Assembly (NCBI GenBank): GCA_002633005.1
Contig: NMRA01000343.1
Span: 124,001-188,000, forward strand
Reading direction: 5' to 3'
Length of the DNA: 64,000 nt
Origin: Phoronis australis
Taxonomy: Eukaryota > Animalia > Phoronida
Part shown: in pieces, positions 27,513 through 40,563 of the stretch
How the letters are laid out: each line of letters starts with the position of its first letter
Numbering within the stretch: the first letter of the stretch is position 1
Translations under genes and position numbers: made by a program
Notes under the pieces: generated by a model
Told to the model about the DNA's origin: nothing
Databases searched by the model: none
Seen by the model: the letters and a program-made list of their open reading frames with translations, nothing else

Positions 27513-29175
27513 TCTTTGGCTCCCAATACAACAATCACTTTCTAAGGGTTCAGTAAAACCTTCACAAATGAACTGTCTATGACTTGGGTAAAATCTACTG
27601 AAGGTAAAGTTTCCAACAAATGGGTCCCTTTACTGGTTCTCTCTAAATGGTGCCGGTTTCATCATGCAGACTCCCCATTTCCTAGCTGCACACCCGTCAA
27701 AAATTGTCGATTACAATACCCTCTGAGAGTAAGCGGATCGCAAAAGAAGACTGGTATGACGCCTCGCGCTTTCACTCTTTGAACTTTACCTTTGACCCAT
27801 TATCCTCCAATCATTACGCGAAGCCCTTTATCTCGCGGCTCTCGTTCACTGGCTAATGAAAATGCGTACATGTAAGAGTCCGTGTACCATTTATTAACGA
27901 TTGCGGTACGTTGTAGAACTCATTTGAAGGATGCGCGTGCTCCTTTTTTCTTTAGTAGGCAATAATGTGTTTTAGCTATGCATCCACGCGCGCTCTATTG
28001 TTGTTTATATAGGATCCAATTCGCGATACTCACGGGATGAAATTCACTAGCCGAACAAAGTTGCTTGGCGTTGCACTGATCGAAACTTCAAAATAAAGAT
28101 AGTTATAGATATTCCCACTTATTGCAAATATCGTACGCTCTTTTTACATGTCAAAATTCGAAGAAGAATGTCATTTTATTTGTATAAGAAACAAGTATTG
28201 TACACTGAGAACCGTGTATTGATGCACGGATCGTTCTACGGATCGGGATCCACTGACACGTGTAAATTGATGGAAACCTCCGACCCCGTACGTGGTTCCC
28301 ACTGCTATCCTAGAGGAACATTATCCACGAGATATCACATCAATTCCAATCCGGGAGACTTTTTGTATACCAAGCCTGTAGCGAAAAGTATCTTTGGCAT
28401 CCTGACAAATGCGCCCTGTAGCCGGACCCCTACACACGTGTATGTTGATTAAAAGGTCCAAAATTCTTCTTCGCACTCATTCTTGGCTATTTTTTCAACA
28501 CTTATGAACTGAAAGCATAATTATCGCAAATGAACATGGGAGGTGACGACCAATCGTTAAATGATTGTAGCCGACTAGGTAAGATACGGACGGGTGTTTT
28601 AATGTTCTTGTGCGTGTTATTGTGGCTTATCAAATAAGTTCGTTCAAGATATTAGCTGAAATTGAAGCGGCCGGTAGCTTTTTTCTAACACTACTGGGCG
28701 GGTTTCCCAACGAGTATGGGTACAGCCATGACCAACTGTGCTTTTGGCCTAAATAGCATATTACGATTTTAGATATGCTGAGAAACCGGCATCATTTTTT
28801 ACCCGTATTCAGATAAGTAAGATATTACTGATCGATGGCGTTCAACACTAAGCCATAAAGTTTTTGCGGTCACCTTCGCTCAGTTATAGGTGAGGCAGAG
28901 GGTACAAAGCGGTCAGTGCACGCCATCTTTTTCAAACAGGATACTCGAACTGTGTGTGCAATTTTGAGTAAAAGACATAACCAGTCAAGCGATGCAGTGA
29001 CCTGCGCTCAGTCAAGAACACAGAGTCATATTCCCCTGCCAAGTGCAGTGTGTGCAAATAAGGGTCGACGCGTGTCGTGTTAACTATATGAATTTCCTGC
29101 AGGTTGTAAGCCTTCAGATTTCCGCACGGACGGTTGGGTCGAAAGTGTCATCACACGGGCAAGTTAACAATCTCC

Positions 29176-29239
29176 ATGGTTCAAAAACAAGTGTCGACAC
29201 CGCCAGTCGACCAAGGCTGGGCATGGATGATTGTCTTGG
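29176..29239 (+). CDS. SLC16/MCT monocarboxylate transporter copy A, coding exon 1
   Basis: MVQKQVSTPPVDQGWAWMIVLG matches the MCT N-terminal signature (PPDGGWGW). G|GTAAG donor, phase 1. Confidence 0.9.
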
Positions 29240-30292
29240 GTAAGAAATAATAAAGTTAGTAAGGCTTGTCGGTACCGTATTTCACATGACGTACGCTTTG
29301 GCTAAATAGACGACTTGTAATGGATTGCGAAAAACACCACTGTAACGTATCCTAATTAAGATTTGCCAGTCTAGATCACTTGACGCCCCGCGCTCTTGCT
29401 TCCTTGTCCATTTCAAAACTATACGACTTGTTATCCAGGGATTTTACATATAGCATTTATAGTTATTAGTGAAACTGAATTCTTGGTGGACAAGCCAGAA
29501 CAATGAATAAAACTCATGCAGGTGTATATGACATCAAATCGATAATATTTGCACTAGACACAAGTCTTAGTCTCCTGGCCAGGATCTAGGAGGCCACGGG
29601 TGACCGAGCGTACACTTATGCGTAAAGCCAGACGTTCGCGGCTGTCTAAAAACCTCCCCAAAACGCGATGCTGGAGGCGCCCGTTAGGCTGTTTTAGTTA
29701 ACTGGTTTTTTATTCTTGTCTGGAATTACCGATGACGGCCACACAATTACCAAAGTTGAAATAGAAGGAAATCCCCGTATCTTTCACAGGAGTAACTAAT
29801 TTCTAGGCTCGTAATAGCTGCAACGTACAGCACATTAGTAAAAGTCAAGTTGACCTCCTGAACTTTATTCGCACTATTTCGAAATGTTCCCGGTGGCACA
29901 GCTGACTATGGGTTCAGCTAGTCAAAACAACCCGAATGAGCACACACTCTGCTGTTACGTCACGGTTGAGGATCCAGGCGCTAAAGTCACTGTCACCGGG
30001 GATTCAATTTCACCTCTATGTGGTTCAGTACTAACGTTTCTCCGCTATAAAAAATCGCGCTCGATTCTCGTCACACGCATGAATCATCTCATCGCAAACA
30101 TACGGGCATGCAGCGCATCAGTGACTGGGGATAACATATCATACATGGTCATCAATGCATTTGGAATCGAGACTCACGAACACCTTGCCTTCCATGCCAC
30201 AGCACGCCAAAAATGAAATACAATAATTCATGATGCCTTGGCAACCCCCCCGGAAATGTTGTCATGACAACCACCTTTCTTTCACAATCCAG

Positions 30293-30436
30293 GCACTATG
30301 GGTCACGTGCTGATGATACAGACCATGCTGAGATCTACGGCCATCTTGTTTGTGGAAATCATGCGCAAATACCAGGCTTCCACTGGGTCGACATCGCTCA
30401 TACCGGCGCTGCAAATTTTCGTTCAGTTCCTTCTCA
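30293..30436 (+). CDS. SLC16/MCT copy A, coding exon 2
   Basis: TMGHVLMIQTMLRSTAILFVEIMRKYQASTGSTSLIPALQIFVQFLL (TM1-2). CAG| and |GTAAG, 144 nt, phase 1-1, conserved in copy B. Confidence 0.85.
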
Positions 30437-30968
30437 GTAAGAAATCGTCTACCGATTATTGACACTTTCAAAAGAGCACAACAAACGTAAGCCGGTGTTA
30501 ATTTTATGAAAATTCATCATGTCAGCAAAAACTATTTTCCGGCAGGGAGTGGAAAAATCAACGCTTTTGAAAATAGTCATTAAATGGCGGGGATCATCAA
30601 ATACTGTACGTTTTGCATGCTTTCGAAAATATCAATAATTATGGACGATGTATGCATGGTAAGTGGATTAACAACTTCAATGGATTTTTAAAATGTTGAT
30701 AACTGTAAAACATTAAATAATGCGGTGAGTTTTTATCATGCAGCGAGTGGAGGTTTCTCCCACAGATTTGTTGATTCTTAACAGAACTACTGTTCAAGCA
30801 AGGAGTGTACACTCCTTGGTTCAAGTGTAGAAAAAAATCTAAAGACGACAAAACAGTTTGAATGAATTTCGGACTGCTGAGAACAAATGATCTGCATCTC
30901 AACGTTTCGTCTATAATCACCAGATACATGCACGATAAGTTATGACTGCAATCGTTTTATATTTGTAG

Positions 30969-31112
30969 GTCCCTTTACTAACGTACTTAGTGTCAGATTT
31001 GGTAGCCGTCCTGTTGCTATGTTGGGCGGACTATTCACGTTTGTGGGCTGCATAACCAGCGCATTCGCTACTAATGTGTGGCAGCTTTACATTTCGTTTG
31101 GAATCATGATAG
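30969..31112 (+). CDS. SLC16/MCT copy A, coding exon 3
   Basis: SPFTNVLSVRFGSRPVAMLGGLF...VWQLYISFGIMIG contains the MFS/MCT loop 2-3 motif. TAG| and |GTGAG, 144 nt. Confidence 0.92.
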
Positions 31113-31777
31113 GTGAGTAATTCTCAAAACAAACCCCCACAAACAGCGAGGAAGCGGGGTTTCACAGTAATCTACAGCGAGGGAGAGATAACCCCTACAG
31201 CGGGACAGAAAGAAACTGGGAACGGCGAGGGAAGGCAGGGACGGCAGACGGATGCGTCTGAAGGAAAAGAAATGTGAATTTGTGACGACTGAAGGAGAGG
31301 AAAAGCAGTGGCAATAGGGACGTCAAGAGTTAAGCGAAGAATGATGAAATTGCCTATGCTGCCAATAATTTTTTTTGTTACACCCTTGTAGATTGAAGAT
31401 CAAATGGTGATGTTGCGCTGGTCTTGATTGTGGCAGACTGATGTTATGAAGGCTTGAAGATTTTTTTAAAGTATAAAAAATAATCAAAACAGGCACAGTT
31501 TTTTCTGCGTGAATGCAAGATATCGCATGACTATGGAAATTTCTGCAGTATGCTCCGTGATATAGCCTACACTCAGTTTTTGGCTACTTAACCTGCATGC
31601 GGTCAAAAACAAGCTTGATTTAGGCAACTTTAGTAATAAAACAGCCATCGGCAGGTTCTTACTCAGACAAAAAGTGATTCCTGGCCGGGCGCATGGAAGA
31701 AGCGACAGCGTGTTATGGCTCTAGACAATCATGTCCACTAAGTAAACTTGACCCAGCCAATCATGTTATGTGCAACT

Positions 31778-31934
31778 CATGGGCGGATCCAGGATTTTGA
31801 GTTGGGGGGGGGCAGGGCAGAGTATTAGCCAGGATTTTGGCTGTCAGACATTGGCACTCCCAAACTCCCCAACGGAATCTTGGAGAATTTTAGGGAGGCA
31901 TGGCCCCCTTGGACCCCCTCTAAATATGCCACTG
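31778..31934. mobile_element. Family B short TIR element in MCT-A intron 3
   Basis: TSD CAACT/CAGCT; absent at the paralogous position in copy B (~47013). Confidence 0.8.
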
Positions 31935-32329
31935 CAGCTGGGAACTGAAAAGGCCGGTTTATGGCCCCCTTTAATCCAAATTCTTAATTCCATGCAGAAC
32001 ATACGAAGTATCCGCTATCGCGCGCCAACAACGGAATTCAAAATCCATTTTGATTCTGTACCGGCACTGAATAAATTTTTATTTCTCGGTTCACGTTGGA
32101 TATGAGATAACCCAGCGACAGTACCTGACTTTGAAGAGAGATAAGACAAATAAATCGGTAATATTATTCTCTTTTTACGTACTGCTGCTCAGAATGAATG
32201 CAAACAGGAAATGTAGCCGGAATTGGAAGTCTACTGTTGAAATTGTGAATTCAGTTTGACTTTTGAAAAACAGAAACATGTTCCAGGGAAAATATCTGTC
32301 CGATAAAATGACATTTTCTTTAATTTCAG

Positions 32330-33502
32330 GTTTTGGATTCAGTTGCACCTTTGCGCCATCCTTTGTATTGATTGCTCAGTATTTCGATAAGCGGCGGGCC
32401 ATGGCCAACGGGCTCGCGGGGGTTGGTGCCGCCGTGGGAATGTTCACGGCCCCTTTGGTGATGCGAGCAGCCCTCGATAACTACGGCGTTCAAGGAAGTC
32501 TACTCATCTTGGCAGCAATACAGTCAAACATCTTTGTCTTCGCCAGTCTTTTTAGACCACCCTCTTTTTATGCTAGAAGAAAAAGTTCGTATGGAGAAGA
32601 TCTGTCGGGTGCTTCCAAAGACGATACTAATGGACTGGCAAGCACTGTGACAGTTAAACCCCAAGATAAATGGACACAACAGCGGTCTAATACATTGCCT
32701 GAAAAGAACTTAAACATCTCAGAAAATACAAAGAACGGGAAAATACCTGATAATGAATGCCTCACAGCTCAAAATCTATTGCCAAACGCCATTTCCAGGT
32801 CTTGGCAAAATGTCGGCGGAAACATTCACAGTGAAGCACATGACCACGTGAACAGACACAATCCTTTGTCGTCATTCGCTTCATCGTTAGCTTTGAGTGT
32901 GGGAGATCTCTTCTCGCCATCTCTGCAAAACCATCAAGACATGGCAGACGACAAGGCCGACGGATGTTGCAGAGGAGTTTTTGTAGTGAGAAAGCGGGAT
33001 CAGGTATCGGGAAAGTTAAGTAAAGGGATTCCTCTCTTCCAGTGGAATTTGTTAAAAGACATAACCTTTGTTTTATGTCTGTTCGTCGATTTTTTTTCCA
33101 TAGTCGCTGTTCCACTGGGACCAACTTTCATGGCGGCATATAGCGAACAAGCAGGATTGCCACCAAATCAAGTTGCGCTGATTTTATCAATATCCGGTGT
33201 GCCAGAATTTTTCATACGTACTCTCACTGGAGCCTTAATAGACTGCAGATTTTGCTCAGTTTTATACTTTAAATTATTTACGGTAATAGCAATGGCAATC
33301 GAGTGTTTTTCGTGGTCATTCTGTAAGCAGTTTGAAAGTATTCTTACAGTGGCCCTCCTAACGACGGTTGTCAACGGTTGCCATTTAGTGTTACTACCCG
33401 TTGTGCTGGTTGAACTTCTGGGGACCGACGCACTCTCTACTGCAATGGGCTTAAGTATGCTGGCACAGGCCGTAAACTATGGGTTCTCTCCATTACTGGC
33501 AG
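32330..33502 (+). CDS. SLC16/MCT copy A, coding exon 4 (TM4-TM11 and large cytoplasmic loop)
   Basis: QYFDKRRAMANGLAGVG is the MCT signature YFxKRRxxAxG; hydrophobic helices follow. TTTCAG| and CAG|GTAAG, 1173 nt. The ORF track overruns both ends. Confidence 0.95.
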
Positions 33503-34048
33503 GTAAGATGGCTGCTGAAGTTGGGTATATAGCTTTTACGACAGAGCCATCTGTATATCAGACTGGCCATGTGAAAGGGTCACGAGTGACACGCAGAAAA
33601 CCGTGCGTGAGCATCGGGGCGCGCGCCTTGTGTTTAGACGTTTGTTGTACGCATATGATACGGATCCGAAATGGTATAATGAATCGTTTTGTGTGTCACA
33701 AAACCATAAAAAGCGAAGACGACGAAGACATTGATTTATAGTCGGTTCTTGTGGTTGCAGCAACCGCAAGCCTCAAACTTGCATTTTCAGTTAAAGGAGC
33801 TGTATAGTGTTGTATTTCTTAACATTAGCTGATCGGGATATTTGATTGTTATTTTCCAAACTGGATAAGAAAGCTACACAATTTTAAGTCCGGAACTACC
33901 GACATTTCCCGAGTGCTCCATTCCGTCAGTAATGCATACAACAGCCTTGTGGTAAATATGATATGAATGGCCTGGTATTGTCAGACCTGAATCTATCAAA
34001 AGGAAAAAAGACTTCAGTTTTCACATGTATCAATCTGTTTTATTTCAG

Positions 34049-34215
34049 GGCACCTGCGAGATTCAAGTCATGGGTGGTTTTGGCCCTTTGCACTTGGTGG
34101 GGTTGGCGCTCTTGTGTCCTGTGGCTTCGTCTTGATATTAATAGCGAGACATAAACGAAGACAATGGATAAAAAATGAATGTGTTGAAACAGTTATGCAA
34201 GAGACTGTAACGTAG
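34049..34215 (+). CDS. SLC16/MCT copy A, terminal exon (protein 563 aa)
   Basis: GHLRDSSHGWFWPFALGGVGALVSCGFVLILI (GxLxD, TM12), then TAG. TTTCAG acceptor in phase 1. Confidence 0.88.
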
Positions 34216-36242
34216 AGCCTAGACATTACGATGTCTGGTATTCAATTTCTTCGACAAGTGAACTTCCTAGGACAAGGAGAAAGGGTAAAGTCGCTGTTTG
34301 CAAACTTTGTGGCCAACGTATAAGCCCATTCAGAACAGTGCCTCTCAACTGTTGGTGTGTTGAATTTTCCCTTTTCGTTCCTCTGGCCAGTAACACCCGC
34401 CGATAACGCAGTCCCAACGGAGGGGTATAATCTGCAGTTTGCTGCATGAGAGACAAAATGTTACTAAGAACTATGTTATAACACTACTTGATGTTTTTGT
34501 TATAGTGTGCATATTGATTCTATGTTAAAAGTTTGTTATAATGTATTACCAAGAAAACAATATGTGTTATTTCTTGTGAAAGGCAGACTGGTCTACTACT
34601 GTCACAAATGGATGGAGGACTCTTGACTCCAGCTATTTTTGAAGCATGGCTAGTCACGTGATGAGGCAGCTGATTGCATGGAGCTGGCTCTCGTTGTTCC
34701 TCTTTTACATGTTTGGCCGTGTCTTTGTTTTCTCGAATGCCCCTGCGCATCCGCCGAAATTATTTTTTTGGCATTTTCTATTCTACTTTTGTGCAAACTC
34801 AAGATAAGTGTCTATTACTCTATGCTCCAGTACATTAGGGTTTATGCATATTTGTTTCTAGTCCATGGTGGCTCTTGATCAAATCTAGATTCGTGCAACA
34901 AAGTTCAGTAAAAACTCAGTATTAACCATTTCGAGTTCAGACTCTATTTTTTTCCTCAATGCTGTTGTCATCAAGTGCACAATAAGATTAACAGTTATTG
35001 ACTCAAGCCAATATGTAGGCCCTACTCGAGCATAAAATAGTAGCCACTTATTTTGAGTTCTCACAAAAGTAATAGCAGAACATGATAAACAAAATTTAGA
35101 GTTCAACTTTGGGTAAAAGATTAGTAGACACCTGACCTGGAACTAGTCATGGTGTTTTTCAACTATTTAAAAAAAATAATAATAACCACTAGAGGATGAC
35201 AAAAATTAGATGTTGGCTGAAATAGGATACTTATTTGTACCAAGTTTGGTCAAAGTCCAATCAACAGAAATAATAACCACATCCAAAATACAATAACATC
35301 ATTGTGATTCCGTGGTAATGAAGAAAATTTGTGACACTCGTGCAACTCTGGCATTGTGTAAGCATGAAATCCTCTTTCACGTGACCAATTTCGAATTCTG
35401 GTGTGCAAGGCAGGCATATTTGACAGGCATGAAATGCAAATTCTCTCATTCGTGAACATTTTGGGACGCTGGACATTTTTGTTTGAATCATTTGATAACC
35501 CTATCGCACAACAGTGACATTTTGAATACAGGATGGTCGCAAAAGAGTTTATAAAAGGGAAATCTCAAGTTGCATTAAAACCTAATACTGTACATGCATG
35601 AAGAACACAATCCATCAACTACACTATCACCACTTAACAAGGCAGATTTTATAATCTCAGAGATATCAGAAAATAGCCACTACCCACAATGCTATGAATT
35701 CAAAGGGCATCTCCGTCTCACTACAGGACACTGCTGCATCATTCTTTCGGATTTTTGTCGTCATCCCGAGGGCGAATCCAGGATTTTAGGTTAGGGGCGA
35801 GGGTTTGCAGGCCAGGATTTTGCCCGTCAGACGTTCGCACCCTCGAACTGCCAATTGAAATCTGAGAGAATTTTAGGGGGGTCATGGCCCCCTTGACCCC
35901 TTAACTCCGCCACTGCACTGCATCTAGATATAATGCTCACATTTTTTTCTGAAACATAACAATCATTGTGTTGCAATGTTGTTACAGAAAGTATTGATAG
36001 TTCTTACTTAATGACTAGAGAAATGATTTTCCAACCTCAGCATACTATGCGAACAAATATGAGAAATAACGCAGTGCATTTGGAAGCTGGCGTAGGGACT
36101 TAGCTCAAATATCACTTTGGCAAATCGAATAATGCTAGTTTGATGCATTTTTTGTAAGTCCATACAACTCACACCAAACGGAACCACTGGTCAAAACGAT
36201 TTTTGAAAAATGCTCCAGTTGCGCGTTTTGCACACCTTTTAA

Positions 36243-36950
36243 AGGGGGAGCAACATTTTTTTCATGTCAATTTAAAAAAAATACTGTTCGTTGATTATTC
36301 CAGAAATATGTTTCAGTTAATTTTGGCTCTCCGTAATTTTATTAATTAGTCGTGCACTACTCCGGAAGTGACGTTTAGAGGTTAAGAATTCCCCGCCATT
36401 TTGTTTCTAGTGCATTCCAGTTTACTGTCAGTATATGTTCTACTGTTGTTTTTGAGCTTCTTTCCAAAAATTGTTGTCACCACTTCCCATCGACGAGTAT
36501 TCTTCGACAATCTAGATTGTTTAAGAACGCAATTACGTTAGAATTATGAGTCTTTTAGTTTGTAGTAATAATACGGCTGTAGTAGAATATGGCTAGAGTC
36601 GGCGACCCAGATCACAGACACAATGACGTGAGTGGCTGAGGCATTGTCCATAGCAGTGGTGAGGAGGATTTTTTTTTTCACGAAGTCAATGGGTGGATAT
36701 ATGTTTAATGCCAAGTGAGGCAGAATACGCGCAAACAGCTGTTGAGAGGAATGAGGTAGCGACTGAGGACAAGCCTGGTGACTGGAGACGTCATGGTGCA
36801 AATGCACGGTGTGCACCGTCATGCCTACATCAATGGAATACCTAAGCTGTTCTCAGTCACTAGATGGTGACCTGAGCACTCAAACCGCTTACATCCCGCC
36901 GTGTGGCTCGATACTTTTGTCAGGTCCGCAATCAGCTTATCAAAGTATTT
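36243..36950 (-). mobile_element. Decayed Kolobok-like element related to 53530-54613
   Basis: Starts TTAA|AGGGGGAGCAAC. Shares the terminal region (CTACTCCGGAAGTGACG) and a transposase-derived stretch (GATGGTGACyTGAGCAC...GCTTACATCCCGCCGTG) with the 53.5-kb element; absent from duplicate copy A. Confidence 0.6.
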
Positions 36951-37538
36951 CTATCTGCCTTCCACAAACTTGATATTTTCTTTATCTGCTCGTGGTACAC
37001 TGTCCTGAGCTGTTATCGGATCGTTTGTAATGGTTCTACCAGTTACCCTCGCTTATGTCAATATTTGGAGAACAATAGCAAGGAATGGGATTCGCCCTGA
37101 CCTGATATTTTCACGGCATCAATTATTTACCAGGAAAACTTTTAGTAGCCTGAATCAATTTATATGGGAAAAGGAACGGCCATATTTTTTAGTTATTAAG
37201 CCTGTTGCCGCAATTGCGAGTGTCCGAAGCGTGACGTGCCATGCCCGATGAAACGGCGGAGTCCCGGCATCACAGCGGTACGACGATGGATCCCAAGTAC
37301 GATATGCCGCTCAGGTTAGTAAGTGACTTTTTCCGCGGCGCCAACGAAAGTCTGCCTTTCCGCTCAAATTCCCCGCAGATTTTCGCATTAGTCTTCGGTT
37401 GACGTCGAAACGGTGTATTTTTGTATCGGAAATCATTTACAAGGTGTCACATTTTATTCATGGTTGTTGCGTTTAAAATAACTCAGTCTAAACGGCACTT
37501 CATTCAACGTTAATTCAACAAATCACTGTTGTATTGAT

Positions 37539-37867
37539 ATAAATCGGTAAATAAAACAACAAGAATGGATCAACTGAAATTTGAAATTTTCGGATGTAAT
37601 AACTTCCTTTGTCAACAAAAACAGAAATAACAATAATAATGTATCATATTCATTACACCATATCTTATATGTCAATTGTCATATAGTGTTTGATTTTTCT
37701 TTATTTCTGTTTTTGTTGACAAAGGAAGTTATTACATCCGAAAATTTCAAATTTCAGTTGATCCATTCTTGTTGTTTTATTTACCGATTTATATTCTACA
37801 TTTCATGAAACAATAGTATCCTTGGGAGGATCTGGATCGCCTTATTTAGTTTCAGATTTATTTTCTG
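37539..37867. mobile_element. Penelope-like element fragment with inverted (palindromic) terminal structure
   Basis: 94-bp inverted repeat (37537-37630 / 37701-37794), 12-bp TSD TGTTGTATTGAT, absent in the paralogous site near 26470. Family members at 40400-40474 and 44669-44840. Penelope assignment rests on the hammerhead motif and structure, not on an ORF. Confidence 0.6.
37707..37757 (+). ncRNA. Candidate minimal type I hammerhead ribozyme (U3-A8 core variant)
   Basis: UUUG-UUGACAA-A-GGAAGU(UAUU)ACAUCC-GAAA-AUU-U-CAAA gives stem I, core, stem II, GAAA and palindromic AAUU stem III. Mirror copy on the minus strand at 37574-37624, third copy at 40424-40474 (minus). Confidence 0.55.
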
Positions 37868-40068
37868 TGTTGTATTGATGTTATTTAGTGACGTCAGCTA
37901 TGACGTTGTCATAATAGAGCTTTCAACATATCACATTATCTTTGGCTCACACTACAATAACCACTTAGTAAGGGGTCAGTAAAACCTTCGCAAATGAACT
38001 ACGTTTTGGGTAAATTCTACTTAAGGTAAATATTCCAACAAATGGGTCCCTTTACTAGTTCTTAATCTCTAAATGGTGCCGGTTCCATAATGCAGACACC
38101 CCATTTCCTAGCTGCACACCCCGTCAAAAATTGGTCGATTACAGTACCCTCTGGGAGTACGCGGATCGCAAAAGAAGACTGGCCTCCTGTTCACTAAGGC
38201 TAGGGCATGGCTGAAAAGGAAGACTTCGAGAGATTACGTGAGATACTGCCGTGTATTTAAAGTGATAGCATGTGACTTAAGCTAGATATTAGCTAGGTCT
38301 TATCTAGGTCCTGGAGTTGCGCGCCTGGTGTGACGCGTGGCGCTTTCACATATTGAACTTCACCTTCCATCAATCATTAAGGGAACCTGCATGTGGTGTT
38401 CAGGCCTATCCTTTTATCTTGCAGCTTTCGTTCACTGGCTCATGAAAATACGTAAGTGTCCTTGTGGCAATTTTTCGCGATTGAAGGATGCGCGTGATCT
38501 TTTTTTTTCTTTCATAGGCAATAATAATAGCTATGTATCCACGCGCGATCCATTGTTGTTTATATAGGACACAATAAGTCGTACGTGAGTTACACTGTAC
38601 TTTGCTTCAACAGGCCATTCCATTTTTGTGTGGCAGTAAATATGGGCGACCCCCTTATTCAGTGCTGCGCCGCCCATGGTCTATGAGCGGTGCACCACAA
38701 GAGGGCTGAGGGTCTATAGCCCCCAACTTTTTTCAGTGCTGCGCCGCCAGATTTACTGGTCATTGGTCGATGTAAAATAGTTACACGTTCTGGTCTTTAA
38801 ATTGGAAAGGTAAGCTACATTTCTAATTGATTATAAATATTATTGTCAACGAAGCTATTTGTTTTTCATTTGAGCATTTTTATTGCACTGTTCATTCACT
38901 ATAAGGTGAAAACGTAGTTTAAAGCTGTTACGAAAATGCCCTTTGTTAACTTTTGTTTGCTACTGCCGGTAAACCATTATTTATAAAACTGGTCCAACGT
39001 TGCAGTTCATTGAAGAAACGATAACCGCCAGGCCCACGCCATATTGGGTATGAGTGATGATCAAAAGCTTTATTTTTGACTGAGGCGGGTTGTTATAAGA
39101 TTCAATTGTTACAAAGGCGCATACCATGACATTTTTCGAGGCTGGGTGCGCCTAATATGCTAACTAATCTATCTTTTCCCGGGGGTGAACATATTAGGGC
39201 AAACGTAATAATAAAGCTAGGTACTAGTAGCAGTGTGTGTGTTGAGCTCCGTTAGACTCCGAAATTTCATATAGACCGGGAAGTTCTGCTCGTCACCTCG
39301 TCGTGAAACTTATATCATCATGTAGAGCTATAAACCGGCAGGGGTGCGTGCAAATATCTGGGTATCAACCGACTCTCATCTTGTCCGCTGGAGCTTTTTA
39401 AGTGAAAAACAATCTAATAAACGTCACACTCTATCATAATTCTCAGCCTTTTGTAACAAAGAAAATTCAGTCATAGTTTTGAAAACAGTACGCTCAACAC
39501 GCGCCATTTCCTAAAAGTTTGTGACATCTCTCGAGAGATGGTGACAGCTTCGCAGGAGCAAACTTTATTCTGAAATTCGAATTGCTGGTACTAAAATACC
39601 AAAAACTTGAAAGGAAATGAAATCAGCTCCGATGATTTACTGTGACATGTGTACGCAACTTCGAAGAACAGTTCAATCGCTTGTTGTACTTGGAAGAAGA
39701 TCTCTGGGAAGGAATCTGGCCAATAAGGCAACACCCGACCAAAGCGCGCCCAATTGTAGCCGCAGCAGAGTGAAAGGTAGAACCCCAATTTTTTCAACAC
39801 CGGTAAACAATTTAGTTTACTCAAGGAAGAGTGTGTGGTGTAATGAGTCGTGTTGCGGCCGACAGATGGCGCGCACGTGGTAGTAATTAAAACAACACAC
39901 GAATACCTCAACCAATAAAATACGTCTATTAATTTGCAGCGTTGTGATTAACAAACAATAGTTTACAATAAGATGCGAGACTGACGACTAACTGAACGAG
40001 AAGAGATATCACTGCTAGAGAAAGTACTAAATAACAATGTCACCAGTTACCAATAGCAACCGCACATG

Positions 40069-40399
40069 NNNNNNNNNNNNNNNNNNNNNNNNNNNNNNNN
40101 NNNNNNNNNNNNNNNNNNNNNNNNNNNNNNNNNNNNNNNNNNNNNNNNNNNNNNNNNNNNNNNNNNNNNNNNNNNNNNNNNNNNNNNNNNNNNNNNNNNN
40201 NNNNNNNNNNNNNNNNNNNNNNNNNNNNNNNNNNNNNNNNNNNNNNNNNNNNNNNNNNNNNNNNNNNNNNNNNNNNNNNNNNNNNNNNNNNNNNNNNNNN
40301 NNNNNNNNNNNNNNNNNNNNNNNNNNNNNNNNNNNNNNNNNNNNNNNNNNNNNNNNNNNNNNNNNNNNNNNNNNNNNNNNNNNNNNNNNNNNNNNNNNN
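40069..40399. other. Assembly gap (Ns)
   Basis: Run of N bases. Confidence 0.99.
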
Positions 40400-40563
40400 A
40401 ATAAAACAACAAGAATGGATCAACTGAAATTTGAAATTTTCGGATGTAATAACTTCCTTTGTCAACAAAAACAGCGTCTTTGCTTAAGTAGCACCTTTGG
40501 AGCCATCACGTGATGGTCCCACCTCTTTTAGTACATTTCCCTTATGACCAGCTAATTAACTGT

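Noticed and set aside
32263-33741. 492-aa single-ORF transporter as given in the ORF track (also 47358-48701)
   Set aside because: Both ORFs read through intron sequence at each end; the real exons are 32330-33502 and 47410-48618.
40037-40513. ORFs spanning the N run
   Set aside because: Artefacts of translating the gap.
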